This document shows, in pieces, positions 19,959 to 29,194 of a stretch of 64,000 nucleotides of DNA. Under the pieces are notes generated by a model. That model saw only the letters and a program-made list of their open reading frames with translations. It was not told the origin of the DNA and made no database searches. A program made the translations under genes and the position numbers. Numbering within the stretch: the stretch's first letter is position 1; every line of letters begins with the position of its first letter. The stretch covers positions 27,303-91,302 of the forward strand of contig CAKVOU010000007.1 in the NCBI GenBank assembly GCA_934796165.1, written 5' to 3'. This stretch comes from an uncultured Eubacteriales bacterium. GTDB taxonomy: Bacteria; Bacillota; Clostridia; Oscillospirales; CAG-272.

Positions 19959-20759
19959 TCATTCCGTTTTTTCTTTTGCTCTGAAATAGGTACCGATATG
20001 CCCGCCGTCCATGAGGCGGTACAGAATCTTCGGGTCGCTTCCGTTGAGGATGAACATGGGGATCCCCGCCTCGGTCGCAATACGCGCAGCTCTGAGCTTT
20101 GCCAGCATTCCGCCGGTCCCGCGGTCGGTGCCCGCGCCGCCTGCCGACGCCAACATTTCGTCGGTCACCTTTGCCACCGAGCTGATGAGTTCCGCCTCCG
20201 GATTCTGTCTCGGGTCATCCGTGTACAGCCCGTCCACATCGGAAAGGTTGAGCAGAAGATCCGCCTCCGTCATCACGGCAACGTACGCGGAAAGCAGGTC
20301 GTTTCCGCCGAATTTGTGAAGCTCCTCGGTCGAAACCGAGTCGTTTTCGTTGACCACGGGGACGCATCCCAACTCCAGCAGCGTGCGGAAGGTATCCTTC
20401 GCCGCGGCACAGCCCACGCGGTCATCCACCACGTCCTTGGTCAGAAGGATCTGCGCCACGGTGTGCCCGAAGTCCGAGAAGCAACGGTCGTACAGCTTCA
20501 TCAGCTCGCTCTGACCGACCGCCGCCATCGCCTGCTTTTCCGGGATGGTCGCGGGACGGTGCCCGAGCTTCATTTTCGCAACGCCCGACGCGACTGCGCC
20601 CGATGACACAAGGATCACCTGCTTGCCCGCGTTGACAAAATCCGACAATACCTCCGCCAGCTCCTCGATCCGGCGGAGATTGAGATTCCCCGTCGGGTGG
20701 GTCAGCGTGGACGACCCGACCTTGACGACGATGCGCTTACTCTCAGCAAAATAACTCAT
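19959..20759 (-). CDS. proB: glutamate 5-kinase (short form without PUA domain)
   Basis: KRIVVKVGSSTLTH...ILVSSGAVASG...VNENDSV motifs. Confidence 0.9.
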   Translation of the reverse strand: MSYFAESKRIVVKVGSSTLTHPTGNLNLRRIEELAEVLSDFVNAGKQVILVSSGAVASGVAKMKLGHRPATIPEKQAMAAVGQSELMKLYDRCFSDFGHTVAQILLTKDVVDDRVGCAAAKDTFRTLLELGCVPVVNENDSVSTEELHKFGGNDLLSAYVAVMTEADLLLNLSDVDGLYTDDPRQNPEAELISSVAKVTDEMLASAGGAGTDRGTGGMLAKLRAARIATEAGIPMFILNGSDPKILYRLMDGGHIGTYFRAKEKTE

Positions 20760-21266
20760 TCCGTGACCCTCGCTCCCGCCCGCGGGAGCGCCTTTCCTGT
20801 CTCTTGATTCCTGTGCCGCCGCGAGGTTTTTACGGAATTCTTCCGCGCCCCGTTCCGTGGGGTTTTCGCGGAATTCTCACATGGTCGTCCCCCCACGGTG
20901 ATTCTACGGTGACGACTCACCCCCGGCAGTCCTGCCGCGGCTGTGTTCTTCCCCGCGAGCGCAGGAAATACCGCGGACGCAGAGCGTCTTCCGGAAGCCG
21001 GAACGGCAGACGACCGTTTTCCCGTCATATGGCGGCAGTTTCCCGTTTATCCGCGTCATTTCGAAGTCCCCGCGTGAAGTTTCTTCGCGGAAAATTCAAA
21101 AAACCCCTTTTCAAAAAAGATTTTTTGATTTATAATAAATGTGAATAGATATTTTTCCCGTTTATTATACAACGGTTTGTTCTTTTTTGCAAGCGTTTTC
21201 CGGAAAACGCCCGCGGAAGAAAAACAAAACGGGAATCTGCCGTCCGGCGGCAAGGAGGTAAAACAT

Positions 21267-21755
21267 ATGAAACAGAAGTATACGATCACCGTTGCCGGCA
21301 TCGACCTCAACGTTCTGTCCGACGGGGACGCGGAGTCCGTAGAGACCGTTGTGGCAAGCCTCGACCGCAAAATGCGGGAAATTTTTCTGCACAGCCCGAC
21401 CTGCTCCAAGAATGAGGCGGCGCTTCTCTGCGCCCTCGAATACTGCTCCGAGCATCTTGCCGAGGAGGAGCATCTCGCGGAGCTGGAAGAAAATGCGGTG
21501 AAGTATCAGGCACAGATCGCAAATCTGACCGGAGAAAACGCACGCCTCAAGGCGGCGCTCGAAAAGCTGCTTGCCGAGCAGAAACGCGGCGGCGGTGACA
21601 GCGGAGACACGCCGGAGGGTTCCGCGAATGTGACCCGGCGCGACGTGTCGGCTCTGGAGAATGCGGCAAACGCCAAGGCAAAGAGCCAGAAGAACGGTAA
21701 GAGAAGCCGCGTCGGCAATATGTTTGACCTTCTGACCTTCAACGACGACGTATGA
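21267..21755 (+). CDS. zapA: cell division protein ZapA
   Basis: ORF trimmed to the ATG at 21267 (AAGGAGG upstream). KYTITVAGIDLNVLSDGD...EAALLCALEY followed by a coiled coil. Confidence 0.8.
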   Translation: MKQKYTITVAGIDLNVLSDGDAESVETVVASLDRKMREIFLHSPTCSKNEAALLCALEYCSEHLAEEEHLAELEENAVKYQAQIANLTGENARLKAALEKLLAEQKRGGGDSGDTPEGSANVTRRDVSALENAANAKAKSQKNGKRSRVGNMFDLLTFNDDV

Positions 21756-24301
21756 GCGTCGGGAGGCAGATGAAACAGAACGGACAGGGTCCGGCGGCAA
21801 CACACGCCGTTCCGGAAAAGCCGGCAAAGTCAAGCGGGCAGAACCCGGCGAAAAGGTCTGCCGCACCGGAACAGCCGGCACAGCAAAACGGACGGGAACA
21901 GACGGCAAGGTCCGCCGTGCAGAAAAGCCCCGTGAAACAACACGGTGAGCAGATCACCGGACGATATACCGAGCATCCGGCAGGGGGGAAGAATCCCTTC
22001 CTGCCGGAACTGCTCTCTCCCGCAGGTTCTCCCGAGGCGCTCCGCGCCGCGATCGAAGGCGGAGCCGACGCGGTGTACCTCGGCGGGATCGGATTCAACG
22101 CCCGCGCCGGGGCGCAGAATTTCGACGCACAGTCACTCCGTGAGGGCATTGCGCTTGCCCACGCATACGGGGTGAAAGTCTACGTCACACTCAACACGCA
22201 GGTCTACGATCGCGAACTGCCGGACTGGCTCCGTGCCGTGGAGGGGGCGTACACGGCGGGCGCCGACGCGCTGATTCTTGCGGACATCGGCGGTGCGGCA
22301 CTGGTAAAGCGCTACTTTCCCGACTTTGAGATCCACGCAAGCACCCAGATGTCGGGACACAACACGGATATGGCAGCCGGGCTGAAAACGCTCGGCTTTT
22401 CGCGCATGGTCGTGGCGAGGGAGACCTCTTATGAAAATCTGATGACGCTCTGTCAAAACTCCCCCATCGAAACCGAGCTGTTTGTTCACGGCGCGCTTTG
22501 CGTCAGCGCCTCGGGGCAATGTCTCTTTTCCTATGCCGTCGGCGGCAGGAGCGGCAACCGCGGCGAATGTGCCCAGCCCTGCCGTCTTCCCTACGGCGGG
22601 CGGGATACCTACCCGCTCTCCCTGAAGGATCTTTCGCTTGCGGGACATATTCCGGAGCTGATCGCGTCGGGCGTGTCGTCGCTCAAGATTGAAGGGCGCA
22701 TGAAGTCTCCCTCCTATGTGTACGGCGTGACGGCTGTCTTCCGCAGGCTGCTCGACGAATGCCGCGCGGCAACGCCCGGCGAGATGCGCGAGCTGGCGGA
22801 ACTGTTTTCGCGCGGCGGATTTACCGACGGATATTTCCGCGGGAAACCGGACGGCAGTATGCTCGGCATCCGTTCACGCGAGGACAAGGAGGTCAGCCGC
22901 GCGGCACAGCCGTTCGGGGGGCTGACGAGAAAGGTACCGCTCGACATGGTGCTGACGGTGAAACGGGGAAAGCCCGTCACCCTGACCGTGACCGACGCGG
23001 GCGGAAAGAGCGCTGCCGTTACGGGGGAGATCCCGGAGGAGGCGCAGAACCGACCGTCAAAAAAGGAAGATCTTCTCCCCAAGCTGACCCGCCTCGGCGG
23101 AACGCCGTATGAGGCGCGGCGCGCGGAGATTTTCCTCGACGACGGGTTGCTCCTTCCCTTCTCCGCGCTCAACGCCATGCGGCGGGATGCCGTCGGAGCG
23201 CTGACCGAAACGGGCAGGGTTTCGCCGGGACTGTTCCGCGGGACGATCGGGGACGAGGTGCTCTCCGGACTTGGCAGGAATCTTTGTGCCGGGGCGGAAA
23301 ATGATTCCACGGATATGCGGAATGCGACCGCCGATTTGAAAGAAGAAGCCGCTGACGCGGGTGACGCGACTGTCGGAGCAGGAGATGTATCCCCGGACGC
23401 GGAAACCGTGACCGCCGATACGGGAAATGCGACTACCGGGGTAACAGGTAAGACAGCCGATACGGGGAACACGATCGCCGCTCGCACGGACATTTCCCCC
23501 GAAATGCCCCGCCGTCAGGCGGTCTGTTATCTGCCGGAGCAGCTGACGGACCGGGTACGAAAAACCTTTGACCGGGTCTATCTGCCGCTGGAATATTTCT
23601 CGGACGGGACGTATCCCCAAAGTGCCGACGCGCGTGCGAAGGTGATCACCGGCAACCGGCAAAAACCGCTTCCGTGGGTCCCGGATGGCGTTCTGCTTCC
23701 TCCGGTCATTCCGGACAGCGAGCGCGCGGACGTTTCGCGGCGGCTCCTTGAAGCAAAACGCATGGGCGCAAAATACGCGCTGACGGGGAACGTCGGACAC
23801 CTTGACGTTGTGCGGGAAGCGGGGCTGATCCCCGTCGGGGACTTCCGGCTGAATGTCTGCAACGCGGCAAGCCTTGCGGTGGAGCGGTCGCTCGGGTTTT
23901 CCGGTTTGATTCTCTCCCCTGAGCTGACGCTCCCGCGCCTGCGCGACCTTTCCTTCCCCGATACCGCGGCAATTGTTTACGGGCGGATGCCGCTCATGGT
24001 GCTGGAAAAATGCGTGGGGACCGAGCTCGGCGGTTGTGCCCGCTGCGCGGAAAACAAGCTTGCCCTCACCGACCGGATGGGCGCCGTATTCCCGGTGCTC
24101 CGCACGCCGCCGCACCGCTCGCTGGTGTTCAACTCGGTGCCGACCTTTATGGCGGACCGGGCGGATCTGCTTGCGCATTACCGCGTCCTGCGGCAGATTT
24201 TCCTCTTTACGGTGGAATCGCCGGAGGAGGTGGACCGTGTGATCGCCGCCTACGAAAAGGGTGCCGCTCCCGCGGGGGCAGTCCGGAGGATTGCGCAATA
24301 A
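21752..24301 (+). CDS. peptidase U32 family protein with N-terminal and internal low-complexity insertions
   Basis: PELLSPAGSPEALRAAIEGGADAVYLGG...ARELS-like core. The start overlaps the zapA stop (ATGA); the true start is uncertain. Confidence 0.8.
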   Translation: MSVGRQMKQNGQGPAATHAVPEKPAKSSGQNPAKRSAAPEQPAQQNGREQTARSAVQKSPVKQHGEQITGRYTEHPAGGKNPFLPELLSPAGSPEALRAAIEGGADAVYLGGIGFNARAGAQNFDAQSLREGIALAHAYGVKVYVTLNTQVYDRELPDWLRAVEGAYTAGADALILADIGGAALVKRYFPDFEIHASTQMSGHNTDMAAGLKTLGFSRMVVARETSYENLMTLCQNSPIETELFVHGALCVSASGQCLFSYAVGGRSGNRGECAQPCRLPYGGRDTYPLSLKDLSLAGHIPELIASGVSSLKIEGRMKSPSYVYGVTAVFRRLLDECRAATPGEMRELAELFSRGGFTDGYFRGKPDGSMLGIRSREDKEVSRAAQPFGGLTRKVPLDMVLTVKRGKPVTLTVTDAGGKSAAVTGEIPEEAQNRPSKKEDLLPKLTRLGGTPYEARRAEIFLDDGLLLPFSALNAMRRDAVGALTETGRVSPGLFRGTIGDEVLSGLGRNLCAGAENDSTDMRNATADLKEEAADAGDATVGAGDVSPDAETVTADTGNATTGVTGKTADTGNTIAARTDISPEMPRRQAVCYLPEQLTDRVRKTFDRVYLPLEYFSDGTYPQSADARAKVITGNRQKPLPWVPDGVLLPPVIPDSERADVSRRLLEAKRMGAKYALTGNVGHLDVVREAGLIPVGDFRLNVCNAASLAVERSLGFSGLILSPELTLPRLRDLSFPDTAAIVYGRMPLMVLEKCVGTELGGCARCAENKLALTDRMGAVFPVLRTPPHRSLVFNSVPTFMADRADLLAHYRVLRQIFLFTVESPEEVDRVIAAYEKGAAPAGAVRRIAQ

Positions 24302-24346
24302 AATTGTGCGGTTGACAAGAAAGAACTTGTTTTCCGTTCACCTTGC

Positions 24347-24590
24347 GGAAGAACGCCGCAGGGCGGATTGAGCCCGACGGGTTGCCGCACGGTAAAATGC
24401 CCGCAACGGGTTGCCGCAGGGCGGATTGTACCCGACGGGTTGCCGCACGGCTGACAGCGCATGGCGGAATACACCCGGCGGAACGCCACGCGACGGATTG
24501 TCCCCGACGGGTTGTCACCCGGTAGGTTCCGCACGGCAGCTTGCCCCCCACAGGTTGCCACGCGGCTGACAGCGCATGGCAAAACAGAAT
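24347..24590. repeat. degenerate 62-68 bp tandem repeats in a convergent intergenic region
   Basis: GGAACGCC..GCGGATTG..CCCGACGGGTTGCCGCACGG occurs three times (about 24350, 24413, 24480) and CGGCTGACAGCGCATGGC twice (about 24448, 24562). Confidence 0.7.
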
Positions 24591-24605
24591 ATCCCGCATG
24601 ACCCA

Positions 24606-24645
24606 AAGCGGCTCCCGGCTGATGCCGGGAGCCGCTTGTTCATTT
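24606..24645. terminator. bidirectional rho-independent terminator
   Basis: AAGCGGCTCCCGGC pairs with GCCGGGAGCCGCTT. Confidence 0.8.
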
Positions 24646-24663
24646 GATGAGCGGGACTGCGCT

Positions 24664-27600
24664 TCAATTCCCCGCATACACGCAGTACAGCTTCGCAACT
24701 GCATTTGCGTCAGCCACCGTGCGGTATGCCTTCATGGAAATCTGGCGTACTCCGTAAGCCGCATATATGTCAACCGCCGAGCCGGAGGGAACGCCTGCCG
24801 ACGCATACGCGCCGAGAAGCAGATGACTGCCTGTCGTCCCCGAGAGCAGATCAACCGTTTTGCGGGCTGTCGCACTGTACGCGAGAACGCCGTTCACATA
24901 AACCTTCTGGGTCACGCCGTCAAAGGTCTCGGTGAAATGCACATACCCGGTCGCGGGAACTGCAGTCTGCACCCGCGTCTTCAGCGGGAAGAGTCCGGTA
25001 TTCGTCGAGGAAACCAGTCCCGTCGCGGGGTTGTACCGGATGCCGCCAAACCAGAAACCGTCGTCATTGCCGTACGGCTCCAGCACGCCGATGTAGTCGC
25101 CCGCGCCGTATGCCGCCTCGGGGATATAGAACACCGTTTCGTGTGTCCAGCCGGTCAGCCCCGCAAAGCCTCCGACCGACACGCTCTGTTTTCCGGTCAG
25201 CCCCGATCCGAAATCGAAGGAGAACCAGCCGTCTGCGATCACGGCATCATAGTTGGAGGGCTTCCCGGCAAGGGATTCCATGTAGAATCTGTTTGCCGCT
25301 TCCGTACTTGCGGCGTGTGCGTAACCGAACGAATAATCGAGGGAGACTCCGTAGAGAGAATACTGGCTCCGGAAGCCGGTCCGCTTTCCGCCGTAATTTG
25401 CAAATACGTTGAGGAAGATCTGATTCTGGGATTCCTTCGTAAGATCCCGGGAAAGGTCCTTCCGGGCAGTGCCCTCAAGGATCAGCTCCCCGTTCAGGTA
25501 CACCCGAAGAGAACCGGTGGAGAAGGTCGCAAGGAAGTATGCCTCTCCCGTCACGGTCTTTGCTTTCTGATACCGGACGGTGAAGTTCTCCTCGTTCGAG
25601 AAATACGCAAGTCCCGTACCGAGATTGTATCCGATGCCGGTCTCAATATCCGCGGCGCCGGTTGCGCCCGTGCTCTTGATACCAAACACCAGCAGCTTGT
25701 TTGAATCCGTATACTCATTTTCCGGGATCCGGTACCGCGCGATCTTGGTCCAGCTGTCCATATCCCGCATATCGACCATATTCACCGCCACACGCGTGGT
25801 ATTCATGAGCGTTCCCGCCTCGGTCTTTGTATAGTCGTATGCATACCACGGTTCTGCGAGCACGTCGGAATAGTCGTATTTCATGCCGTCCGGGTCGTTC
25901 ATCGCGTCAATTCCCGCCGTCTCGTACAACCGGGAGATGACCGCGTCCGTCGTTGCAAGGTGGTATCCCCGGGTATTCAGCAGAACTACGCCGTAAGCGT
26001 CGAACTGATTGACGACCGCGTTGTCCGCGTCGCCGAAGGTCGCCTTGCCGCCGACAAGCAGGGTATTCTGTGCCGAAGCGGCGAGCGCCGCTTTGCCTGC
26101 CGCCCCGTCGGAAACCGTCGCGGTATAAGCGAGCGAGCCGTTGATATAGACCTTCTGGGTCACGCCGTCAAAGGTATCCGCGAAGAACACCCAGCCGGAC
26201 AGCTTCACGGGAGTCACGCTTGCGGACGGGAAGAGTGCGGGGTTTACGGAGGAGATCCTGCCGGTGGACAGATTGTACCGGATACCGGTCGTCCAGCTTC
26301 CCTCGTCAGCGCCTCTCCAGCCGAAGATACCGATCTCGTCGTCCGCGCCGTACTCCCCTTCCGGGATGTACAGGGTCGCAGTACGCGTCCAGCCGGTTGC
26401 CGTCAGGTCAGTCGCAAATCCGGTCATATCAATCAGGCGGGTTCCCGCGAGCCCCATGATGCCGGAGAAATTCTGCTCGTACCAGCCGGAAATCGTGAGC
26501 TTTTCGTAATCGTCCAGTCCCGCAAGGGCGTTCTGTGCGGTACTCACATAGCTGTACTTGAAGCGTCCGCCGGGAGCAACGTCGCCGGAGATGTAGAAAT
26601 CCATGATGTCGCCGGAGAAGGTGTCGTAATTTCCCTCGTCATGCACGTTGTCCGTCACGCTGAAGTTGACGGTAAAATCGTACCCGCTGATGCGGACGAA
26701 CTTCTTCGGGATCTTTATCTGCAGGTATCTGCCGTCCACCGCGTAGGACACGGTTCCGACCGTCTCGGTCTCATAGCCGTTTCCGGTAAAACGCTCCAGC
26801 GTTGCGGTCGTTGCGGTCGGCGTGGTCTTGTTGATGACGTAATCAAAGGTCTCCCAGCCCCCATTCGACTGGTCGGTATCAAGATAGAGCGTCATCCATC
26901 TGCCGCCGGTATAGGGGGTAATATTGTCCATGCACTCAATCAGAAAGTAGAGATTGTCGTCGTCGCGGGCGACCTGTGCGCCGATGATGTCGTTTCTGCC
27001 TGAGGTTTCGGTGTAAAGCTTTCCGCCGTAGCCGTAGGAGGAACGGTCACCGGTATTGTTCCGGTAAGCGGCAAAGTACAGGTCGATCGCCTCCCACTGG
27101 GAAAGGTCGCCGTAAATGTCGATCGCCATTGCCCTTCCGGCGGGCGTGATCGCCTCGGTACCCTTGTAGCGGCGGATATAGTTGACCATCTGGTAGTAGT
27201 AGTTGTCCTTGAGCGCGCCCTTCGTCGGCTCGATGTCGCGGCTGTACTCGTCCTTGAAGGTATCCGGCAGCGCGTTTGCCGTCTGGTTATAGCCGGCATC
27301 GGCAGGCCAGGTCACCTGACGGTCCGCGACCCATTCGTTCCAGCCGGTCACGAAGAGGACATCGGGATTCTTCGAAAGCGCGTATTCAAACTGCTCCGCG
27401 AAATTGTAGCCGTAGAGCGACGAATTGCCGCCGTCATACCGGTCACCCTGTGCGTGGGTATAGGAGCGACCCATGACGTACTGACCGTTCATCGCAATGA
27501 TGGGATACGACGATCCGGCGATATTTCTGTAAGTATAGTTCTGCGCGGGGGAGACCGTCACCTGTGTCAGGTTCGTCGCCGAGCCGAATACCGGCTGGGG

Positions 27601-28902
27601 ATAGATGTTGAGCCAGCCCCAATAGGTGGAACCCTTTGCGGAAGCCGCGCTCGCGGTATAGGTGCCGTGACCGGCGCGGAAGGTGAAGAAATTCTGAAGC
27701 GTGGAGGAAAGGTTGGAGGAATACGCCATGAGGAACGGCTTGCCGTTCACACGGTACCACAGATCCGACCACTTGCCTGCCGCATACACGCTGTTGTAGA
27801 TCAGGTTCGCCTGTGTCGCGGAAGCCGCATTTGCGGCAAGCGGAAGCGTGAAGGAGATCTTCGGGGCGTTGACGCCTCCCTCCTTTGCTGCGGTGAAGGT
27901 ATCGAACACCAGGGGATAGGCGGCATCCCAGGTAAAGGTGCCGTTGGTGTTGTCAAAGAAGATGGCATCGACCCCCGCGTTGGCGAGCAGCTCGCTCTGA
28001 CGGCGGATGACCCATCTGTCGATGGAGGAGTAATATCCGTAGATCGGCTCGTTCCAGAAATAAACATGGCTCGAGGGATCCCCCCAGTAGATGCTTGCAT
28101 AATCATTCTGAATCTCGGGGTACTTCTCCATCAGCTTCTGCACGTTGACCGGCGTTTTCCCGAGCCGCGGGGACCCGTTGACCTGCAGGTGCCAGTCCCA
28201 GAAGAACATGGCTAGCGTCTTGCCCTCTACGGGGTCGCCGACATCGGCATTGGTGAGCGAGGTTCTGCCGAGCGCGTCGGTAAACACCCATGTCCCGGGC
28301 TTTACCGTATATTTTGCGTCGGAGGCGTCAAAGGTGCCGCTTGCCGCGCGGGCTGCCTTGCGCACAAAGCAGTCGGAAGCCGTTTCTTTGGTGTCGGTAA
28401 AGGTGACGGTCATCCGGATGTCAAAGTCGGAGATATCCGTCGTGCCGAAATAGCAGTCGGTCCCGGCGATGAGGTTGTTATCCGCCGCAAGCAGCGCAAC
28501 CGTTCCGCTCTGTGCCGAGACGGTCAGAAGATACTTCCCCGCACGCTGCTTCGGGAAGGCAAGCGATGCCTCTCCGTCGTCTTTCACCGTGACGGTTTTC
28601 GAGGACAGCGGCTGATTTTCCAGCGTCGCCGCCACGTCCCCGGCATACGGGCGAAGCGAGACGACCGCCTCTCCCGGCTCTGTGCCGAGGCAGGTCAGGC
28701 TGACATTCAGGGACGTAAACGAAGCATTGGCTTCAAAGAGGAAAGAATATGCCTCCCCGGCTTCCATCGGTTTTGCCGTCAGCTCCGACGCGGGGTCATA
28801 TGCCCTGACAACGCCCCCCGTTTCGCCAAAGGCGACTACCGTGACGGGGACCGCCGCAAGAAGTACGACAGCCGCGATCAAAAGAATCCATCTTTTCTTC
28901 AT
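24664..28902 (-). CDS. 1412-aa secreted multidomain protein: putative glycoside-hydrolase-like core plus three LamG/concanavalin-like C-terminal modules
   Basis: Signal peptide MKKRWILLIAAVVLLAAVPVTVVAFG. Central FFWDWH...VDAIFFDNTNG...FVTGWNEW segments. Three-fold repeated module marked by TFDGVTQKVY(I/V)NG(S/V)LAY. Confidence 0.85.
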   Translation of the reverse strand: MKKRWILLIAAVVLLAAVPVTVVAFGETGGVVRAYDPASELTAKPMEAGEAYSFLFEANASFTSLNVSLTCLGTEPGEAVVSLRPYAGDVAATLENQPLSSKTVTVKDDGEASLAFPKQRAGKYLLTVSAQSGTVALLAADNNLIAGTDCYFGTTDISDFDIRMTVTFTDTKETASDCFVRKAARAASGTFDASDAKYTVKPGTWVFTDALGRTSLTNADVGDPVEGKTLAMFFWDWHLQVNGSPRLGKTPVNVQKLMEKYPEIQNDYASIYWGDPSSHVYFWNEPIYGYYSSIDRWVIRRQSELLANAGVDAIFFDNTNGTFTWDAAYPLVFDTFTAAKEGGVNAPKISFTLPLAANAASATQANLIYNSVYAAGKWSDLWYRVNGKPFLMAYSSNLSSTLQNFFTFRAGHGTYTASAASAKGSTYWGWLNIYPQPVFGSATNLTQVTVSPAQNYTYRNIAGSSYPIIAMNGQYVMGRSYTHAQGDRYDGGNSSLYGYNFAEQFEYALSKNPDVLFVTGWNEWVADRQVTWPADAGYNQTANALPDTFKDEYSRDIEPTKGALKDNYYYQMVNYIRRYKGTEAITPAGRAMAIDIYGDLSQWEAIDLYFAAYRNNTGDRSSYGYGGKLYTETSGRNDIIGAQVARDDDNLYFLIECMDNITPYTGGRWMTLYLDTDQSNGGWETFDYVINKTTPTATTATLERFTGNGYETETVGTVSYAVDGRYLQIKIPKKFVRISGYDFTVNFSVTDNVHDEGNYDTFSGDIMDFYISGDVAPGGRFKYSYVSTAQNALAGLDDYEKLTISGWYEQNFSGIMGLAGTRLIDMTGFATDLTATGWTRTATLYIPEGEYGADDEIGIFGWRGADEGSWTTGIRYNLSTGRISSVNPALFPSASVTPVKLSGWVFFADTFDGVTQKVYINGSLAYTATVSDGAAGKAALAASAQNTLLVGGKATFGDADNAVVNQFDAYGVVLLNTRGYHLATTDAVISRLYETAGIDAMNDPDGMKYDYSDVLAEPWYAYDYTKTEAGTLMNTTRVAVNMVDMRDMDSWTKIARYRIPENEYTDSNKLLVFGIKSTGATGAADIETGIGYNLGTGLAYFSNEENFTVRYQKAKTVTGEAYFLATFSTGSLRVYLNGELILEGTARKDLSRDLTKESQNQIFLNVFANYGGKRTGFRSQYSLYGVSLDYSFGYAHAASTEAANRFYMESLAGKPSNYDAVIADGWFSFDFGSGLTGKQSVSVGGFAGLTGWTHETVFYIPEAAYGAGDYIGVLEPYGNDDGFWFGGIRYNPATGLVSSTNTGLFPLKTRVQTAVPATGYVHFTETFDGVTQKVYVNGVLAYSATARKTVDLLSGTTGSHLLLGAYASAGVPSGSAVDIYAAYGVRQISMKAYRTVADANAVAKLYCVYAGN

Positions 28903-28987
28903 GGGTTTGCCTCCTCATCCGTCTCTGTCCGCACCGGAAACGTCTGTTTTCCGAGCGAAATTTCCATATCTATGCGTCTCCAACTTA

Positions 28988-29016
28988 ATTTTATCAGAAA
29001 ATATATACAAAATCAA
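28988..29016 (-). promoter_or_regulatory. sigma-A type promoter for the secreted protein gene
   Basis: Minus strand: TTGATT, 17 nt spacer, TAAAAT, in an AT-rich divergent region. Confidence 0.55.
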
Positions 29017-29055
29017 GTGTATTTTCGTTTTTTGTGCTTTTTTTAGGAAATGCTC

Positions 29056-29084
29056 TTGCAAAAAATAGGGCATTAAGATATAAT
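29056..29084 (+). promoter_or_regulatory. sigma-A type promoter of the BMC operon
   Basis: TTGCAA (29056-29061), 17 nt spacer, TATAAT (29079-29084), about 110 nt before the aldolase ATG. Confidence 0.7.
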
Positions 29085-29194
29085 ATAATTAATTGTAAAA
29101 TGCCGGGACAAGGCAGATTGCAAGGGCGTCGGAGCACCCGGCTCCGGCAGGATTCAACCATCGGAAAACAAACAGAAAGGAAATAAAAAACAGT

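Noticed and set aside
20760-21060. Possible T-box or other riboswitch leader upstream of proB
   Set aside because: I looked on the minus strand for a T-box consensus (AGGGTGGTACCGCG-like) and a terminator/antiterminator pair. I found only an 8-bp hairpin (CGCTCCCG/CGGGAGCG) near the SD, which is too little to call.
22714-24298. 259-aa and 413-aa minus-strand ORFs
   Set aside because: Antisense to the U32 peptidase gene. Low-complexity Arg/Pro/Ser-rich sequence.
24347-24590. Possible CRISPR array (also considered for 48240..48600 and 15205..15740)
   Set aside because: The repeats are degenerate and directly abutting or irregularly spaced. There are no unique, constant-length spacers and no cas genes in the window.
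24541-27003. 387-aa and 347-aa plus-strand ORFs
   Set aside because: Antisense to the 1412-aa secreted-protein gene, which has a signal peptide and repeated domains.
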